Assembly (NCBI GenBank): GCA_043228905.1
Contig: JBHGNT010001143.1
Span: forward strand, 1-11,616
Origin: Azolla caroliniana
Lineage: Eukaryota > Plantae > Polypodiophyta
Direction of reading: 5' to 3'
Length of the DNA stretch: 11,616 bases
This document shows positions 8,401-11,616 of this stretch, piece after piece. The notes under the pieces are model-generated. The model did no database searches and was not told the DNA's origin. It saw nothing but the letters and a program-made list of their open reading frames with translations. Numbering within the stretch: the stretch's first letter is position 1; each line of letters begins with the position of its first letter. The translations under genes and the position numbers were made by a program.

Positions 8401-9055
8401 TTGGATCAATGCATCCGATCTCCCTCGATGTGAACGCGAATGCTTTGCCATGTTGCTCCAACATCTCTCGAAACCGTTTTTCTTCTTCTTGTAAGAGGAA
8501 CCCACCTCCACCGATCCGAAGTTTCTTCCGGGTCTCATCTGTGAAGGCATGTCCGATATCCACGGACTTCCGAAGTGTCGGATCTCCCGAGACTTCTTTC
8601 TTCTTTTGTTCGCTATCGGCGGGTAGTGGTCCCGCGGCCGGTTTCACCTTCTTCTCCACGGTCTTGTATTTCGTACTTACCATTGCTTCTTCTTTGCGGA
8701 GCGCATCCGGCCCCATTTTCGCAACGATCTCGTACATCTCGACCGATTCCACCGGGACTACCCGGTTCCCTTGGCTTTTATCTTCCGCAAGCTCTTCAAG
8801 CCGTTGTAGTGTATTCCCATAGAACACTTCCTCGATCACTCCCACGATTTCTTCGTCTTCTTTTATTATTGATGCCGACCGTAACTTATCCTCCACTTGT
8901 CGGTATTGTTTCTTCATTCCTCCGGTTACGGCCGTGTACGTAGATGCCCCATCCGGGCCGATTCGTACTTGTTTTGCTCCGAGAGTTTTCTTCCTGTGTG
9001 GGGTATCAGGGCTTCTCGGACTATCAATTCCCCACTCCGCAACAGTCCGCTTTAA
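5450..9055 (-). CDS. pol: Gypsy Pol ORF2: reverse transcriptase, RNase H, integrase (probably entered by -1 frameshift; first in-frame ATG at 8917)
   Basis: RT: YSNRWF, DLQPVN, DLYSGYDQ, LPQGATNS, FLDD. RNase H: VDTS, ELWG, ETDC, ADMLSR. IN: HESDWAGH...CEKC, VDI, ADRG, KIER, GPY. Acidic C-terminal tail. The frame stays open upstream of 8917 through the end of the protease ORF. Confidence 0.95.
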   Translation of the reverse strand, partial: LKRTVAEWGIDSPRSPDTPHRKKTLGAKQVRIGPDGASTYTAVTGGMKKQYRQVEDKLRSASIIKEDEEIVGVIEEVFYGNTLQRLEELAEDKSQGNRVVPVESVEMYEIVAKMGPDALRKEEAMVSTKYKTVEKKVKPAAGPLPADSEQKKKEVSGDPTLRKSVDIGHAFTDETRKKLRIGGGGFLLQEEEKRFREMLEQHGKAFAFTSREIGCIDPKIVEPMVIFTIDHVPWNLKPIPVPWAHIPKVIDLLKEKVAMGILEPSSAPYSNRWFTVPKKNGSLRFIQDLQPVNKVTIRNSGVGPIVDEFAEAFAGRAIYSIGDLYSGYDQFQLAVESRDITTMRTPIGLVRMCTLPQGATNSVAHMMNAMNKVLRDCIPEITMPFLDDIPMKGCAVEEKDETMDDRGCRKFVVDHIHDCEKVLRKLEDVHLTLSGEKSAFGQEEILVVGHLCGPYGRRPSPTKIDAIQAMKEVCESTSEVRRFLGACAFYHIWIPHYAHIADPLYHLLRKGKKFEWKPEHTKAMRKLKKTLWRAESLKKPSYERPIIVTVDTSPTGIGWVINQADSDGSRYPIRFGAKVLNERQRGYAQVKRELWGVVSAIKSDRDYLIGAEVVIETDCLPILGMMRCCTIPDVAMLRWIAYVKSLNPEVRHISGKDNAVADMLSRARFEDDITESDNEEVSEDYFTSEHICRVNVIREFREEEYEGETLMIGKMLQEVEDSTNDKERRAEIRRKKRQVQKFFLENGLIWRTPKRPDGIPLRVVGTKEQRNRIMSEFHESDWAGHQGTWATFVKIKQRYWWKNMYKDVAEFTESCEKCQVYSGVRHRDELHPTFSPTINFKWMVDIVAMPTGIGQKKYLVLAREDLTNQVEGRALRRKTCAAVCQFLLEEVFCRYECVGQVIADRGELDSDKARGFFAKHGVQLTLTTAYNPEANGKIERGHSPIVKALAKACDGRVKDWPQMLPYALWADRTTHSSVTGYMPAELMTGQAPVMPTETAIATWTILPWKEEMSREELLAVRIRQLEGRPKDVAEASCRQQEARFRNKSRFDTKHRLRPRRIEEGDWVIVYDSSLDHQHTTMRKFAKRWFGPYEVRKVFDNGTYRLSELDGTILRVPIAGKRVKIFKKRTDDKPYVIQVEADNEEQSDEDHNDAGSEESGLQLIVDIRGESEEASDEDGYEESRTSAHTGGCAGLEGASVVV
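5463..5474 (-). other. Polypurine tract of the gypsy element
   Basis: GGAGGGGGCGAG on the minus strand immediately before TGTCGTAGTG; it lies inside the pol coding sequence. Confidence 0.8.
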
Positions 9056-9061
9056 AAATCC
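8998..9061 (-). promoter_or_regulatory. Predicted -1 programmed ribosomal frameshift signal (slippery heptamer plus pseudoknot)
   Basis: G_GAU_UUU (9061-9055), then the ORF1 stop UAA within a 5-nt spacer. Stem 1: CGGACUGUU (9049-9041) / GAUAGUCCG (9025-9017). Stem 2: GUGGGG (9035-9030) / CCCCAC (9003-8998). Pol is in the -1 frame. Confidence 0.75.
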
Positions 9062-9453
9062 ATTCTCACTTGGGACAAGAGTTCCCTCTTGTTCCTTTCG
9101 TGATTTGCCGGCACCGTTAGGAATTGGACGGATTTCCCTCCGTTTTGGCTCCGAATTCGCGCAAAAGCCGCACCACTATCGAGCACCTTCGTCTCCATCC
9201 GTGAAGCCGTGATAAAGGGTTGGCCGAGGATGACAGAATGTGAAACCTCATCCTGCACAAAGAAATTTTGGTCAATTTCGACATCCCCGATCTTTACCGT
9301 CACATCCGGACAAGCCGCAAATAGGTCTTCTGTCGTTTTCGTGGCTGCCCAAATCTTCCATCCATGGTTGGTGTTTATAGGCCACTTCCCCTTTCGGTAG
9401 AACTCCTTGGACATCAAGTTGATCTCCGATCCGTGATCAATCAATGCTAGCAA
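9052..9453 (-). CDS. Retropepsin-type aspartic protease, C-terminal remnant of a gag-pro ORF1 (5'-truncated)
   Basis: LALIDHGSEINLM active-site motif and VILGQPF second motif; homology is cut a few codons upstream of the catalytic Asp. Confidence 0.85.
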   Translation of the reverse strand: MLALIDHGSEINLMSKEFYRKGKWPINTNHGWKIWAATKTTEDLFAACPDVTVKIGDVEIDQNFFVQDEVSHSVILGQPFITASRMETKVLDSGAAFARIRSQNGGKSVQFLTVPANHERNKRELLSQVRMDF

Positions 9454-9661
9454 TTATAGTTATTAAATCTATTTATAGAACACTAAAGATAAGGTAGCAT
9501 AATGATAAAGTTGAGATTTGGCTACGTGGAGGTACAAGGTTCGAATCTTGCCCTATGCACGTGATAAATATCTTGATTTTCTTATTTTATTTATTTATAT
9601 GTAATTAAATCGGTTATATTATTTTTACTTTTTCACGTAGTGTACGAAATACACTACGACA
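9454..9661 (+). repeat. Inverted copy of the distal (U5) end of the gypsy LTR
   Basis: Reverse complement of 3873-4079 with about 9 substitutions and 1 indel by manual alignment (~95%). Ends exactly at ...TACACTACGACA. Contains A-box 9495-9505 and B-box GGTTCGAATCT 9538-9548. Confidence 0.95.
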
Positions 9662-9800
9662 ACGGGTTGGTTGAATGAGACCACTGGGGTCTTTGACCAA
9701 GGAGGATGGATCGGGTGACTTGTGCTTGTAAGGAGTCGACCGTTGTTTAGGTTTACAATTGGGTCGTTCTTGTTGTCGAAGATGCTTGTGTGGGTTGACT

Positions 9801-9822
9801 GAGAGAAAGAGAGAGAGAGAGA
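9801..9822. repeat. Imperfect (GA)n microsatellite
   Basis: GAGAGAAAGAGAGAGAGAGAGA. Confidence 0.85.
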
Positions 9823-10365
9823 ATAAAGAGATTGTGAAAATATTTACTGCACCAGAAAGATGTTGTGAAGCACGTTACACATGTGCCAAACGTTGCGATG
9901 TGCGCGTTACACGTGCGCAGACAAGCACATGCCTCTATCCGCGAGTAGTGATGGAGGAGCGAAAGGATCGTTGAAGACAATGGAACGGTGGAAGGATTAG
10001 CGCTTGCGAGAAGTATTAAAGATAGATATGGACGAGAATCCCAACTCCCGGTTTGAACTTTTGACTTCAAAGTTGAGATACAAGACACATTGCCAATGAG
10101 ATAACTAGGATTTATTAATTATTAGTGATTGCATACATTACTTGATTTCCTTTCCCTTCCTCTCCTTCTTATATAGATGCCCCCATGCATATGTGCATGT
10201 GAGGGTGTAGTACATGCATACAATGCATGAAATGCATGTGATGCATGAGCGCCAAATGGCAATCATGCATCACATGCAATGCATGATGACCATGTACCTC
10301 ATCTAAGCTCTCATGTACCGGCAGTTTGTGTGAAAAGTACAATGAAGAAAACAAGTTTTAAAGGA

Positions 10366-10437
10366 AATAACCTAGTCTAATGGTATGTCAATTGCCTCCT
10401 ATCTTAGAGGTGTAAGGTTCAAACCCTTACTTGTACC
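10366..10437 (+). promoter_or_regulatory. tRNA-derived A/B-box module (SINE-head-like) with an intact T arm
   Basis: A-box TAGTCTAATGG (10373-10383); B-box GGTTCAAACCC (10416-10426); stem GTAAGG/CCTTAC closing a 7-nt TTCAAAC loop. No convincing acceptor stem. Confidence 0.6.
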
Positions 10438-10629
10438 TCATTGTATGCGTTAGGCTTATTATATATATTTGTGTAATGAACACCTAAACACACATTACAC
10501 ATTACACGTGCGCATTCATGTGTTTAACATACACATCTAACCATCACTCTTTTCATATGTGTGCATATTGCATCTTCTCGATTTCCCTCGTTCCATGCGA
10601 TTTTCACACTGTTGCCGAAAATCTTCACA

Positions 10630-11340
10630 ACGCGTTTTGACTTCAAAATCACATATCGGCTGGGGAAGCAACAAGGAAAAGCAGATGCACTATCTCGATG
10701 TTCATATCTTGCACCTCGTCTGGGTGATCCAACATTTGATAATCAAAAGCTGGTAATCTTGGGACCAACACGTTTGTACACAACGTGGATTTTTCACATT
10801 CCACTGGATTCTCGGATTATTGATGCCATACGTGCCAACTTGAAGACGGATAGTTTTGCTCAAGCCATTCTAGCGCAAATTGACGCCTCTCGGGCATCTT
10901 GTTCCCAGTCTCAACAACTAGGTATGCACTACTGACAATTCGAATATCATGATGATTTATTATTCTTTAAAAAGCTCGTGTATGTTCCCGATTGCTCCTG
11001 TCGCCTTCAAATCGTCCAAACTTTTCACGACACCCATACAATTGGACATTTTGGTAGTACTAAGACATTGGATCTAGTTCGACGATCCTTTTGGTGGCCC
11101 CATATGTGACATTTTCTCGACGACTATGTTCGGACCTATGATGCTTGTTGCCGAGCAAAGATGCCACGACATCATCCATATGGCTTGTTGCAATCCTTAC
11201 AAATTCCAAGTAAGCCGTGGCAGTCCATTTGTCTTGATTTTATCACAGATCTTCCAGTCTCGAAGGGTTTTGATGCTATCTTAACTATCGTTGATCGATA
11301 TACTAAGATGGCACATTTTGTGCCTTGTACTAAGGGGTGA
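10630..11340 (+). pseudogene. Decayed Ty3/gypsy pol fragment (RNase H end, integrase Zn-binding domain, start of integrase core); different family from the minus-strand element
   Basis: One frame: RFDFKITYRLGKQQGKADALSR...FHDTHTIGHFG...FWWPHM*...YDACCRAK...PWQSICLDFITDLP...IVDRYTKMAHFVPC. In-frame TGA at 10933 and 11107; truncated at both ends. Confidence 0.9.
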
Positions 11341-11616
11341 AAGCATGCGAGTGGAAACAATTAGCTATGTCCTTGACATAGCTTATTAGCTATGCAAAAA
11401 GCTACCATTGATAAATAGTCATTTTAGTAAAAAGCCATCATTAATAAATTAAGTATGCAAAAAACTACCATTGAAAATACTAGAGTGTTTTAATTACATA
11501 TGTAAATGAGTGCCATAAATGTGCAACATAAATTGATGTGTGCACCATAAATGTGTACCATAAATTATATATCGAATTCCTAGGTCCATTATACATGATC
11601 CTTTGCCACATCACGT
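11334..11616. repeat. AT-rich sequence with short iterated motifs; possible end of a DNA transposon or MITE
   Basis: Abrupt break in integrase homology. Three AAAAAGCTACCATTGATAAAT-like units (~11396, ~11429, ~11459) and four CATAAAT (11514, 11527, 11546, 11559). Confidence 0.4.

Larger units (their letters stand above)
3873..9453 (-). mobile_element. Ty3/gypsy LTR retrotransposon, 5'-truncated (no gag, PBS or 5' LTR); no chromodomain seen
   Basis: PR-RT-RH-IN order on the minus strand, PPT, and a TG...CA LTR with 12-bp terminal inverted repeats. Confidence 0.93.
9662..10629. mobile_element. Diverged LTR-like relic collinear with the right arm of the fold-back LTR (boundaries approximate)
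   Basis: Shared motifs in the same order: ACCACTGGGGT..GAC..AGGAG, CG[TA]GAATCCCA, CTCTCCT[CT]CTTATATA, TGCATGTGATGC, A/B-box module. Possible terminus ...TTCACA at 10629, where pol homology begins. Confidence 0.45.

Noticed and set aside
5601-9400. Plus-strand ORFs opposite the gypsy pol and protease
   Set aside because: S/F/L-rich antisense shadows of a purine-rich coding strand.
3873-9661. DIRS-type element with inverted terminal repeats
   Set aside because: It encodes a DDE integrase and an aspartic protease and has a PPT; no tyrosine recombinase is present.
3868-9666. Target-site duplication around the inverted-end unit
   Set aside because: GCGAG versus ACGGG match at only 3 of 5 positions.
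10169-10354. His/Met-rich 61-aa ORF
   Set aside because: By-product of CATG repeats; no ATG start.
3975-10437. Functional tRNA genes at the four A/B-box modules
   Set aside because: No convincing acceptor or anticodon stems could be drawn; reported only as tRNA-like modules.

Overview
Eukaryotic (most likely land-plant; inference) retrotransposon cluster with no host gene. From left to right: (1) the 3' part of an intact Ty1/copia element on + (IN-RT-RNase H, PPT, short 3' LTR); (2) a 660-bp acidic ORF fragment cut on both sides by insertions; (3) a Ty3/gypsy element on - lacking gag and its 5' LTR, with protease and RT-RH-IN ORFs joined by a predicted -1 frameshift (G_GAU_UUU plus H-type pseudoknot); (4) an inverted ~95% copy of that element's LTR end; (5) a diverged LTR-like relic; (6) a decayed gypsy pol fragment; (7) an AT-rich repeat-laden tail. 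The standout is the 1590-bp gypsy LTR (3873-5462). It is almost entirely a fold-back, with a perfect 111-bp central palindrome, diverged arms that keep exact motif blocks, an outward-facing tRNA-like A/B-box module in each arm, and hairpins at both termini. All alignments were done by eye and no database search was run.
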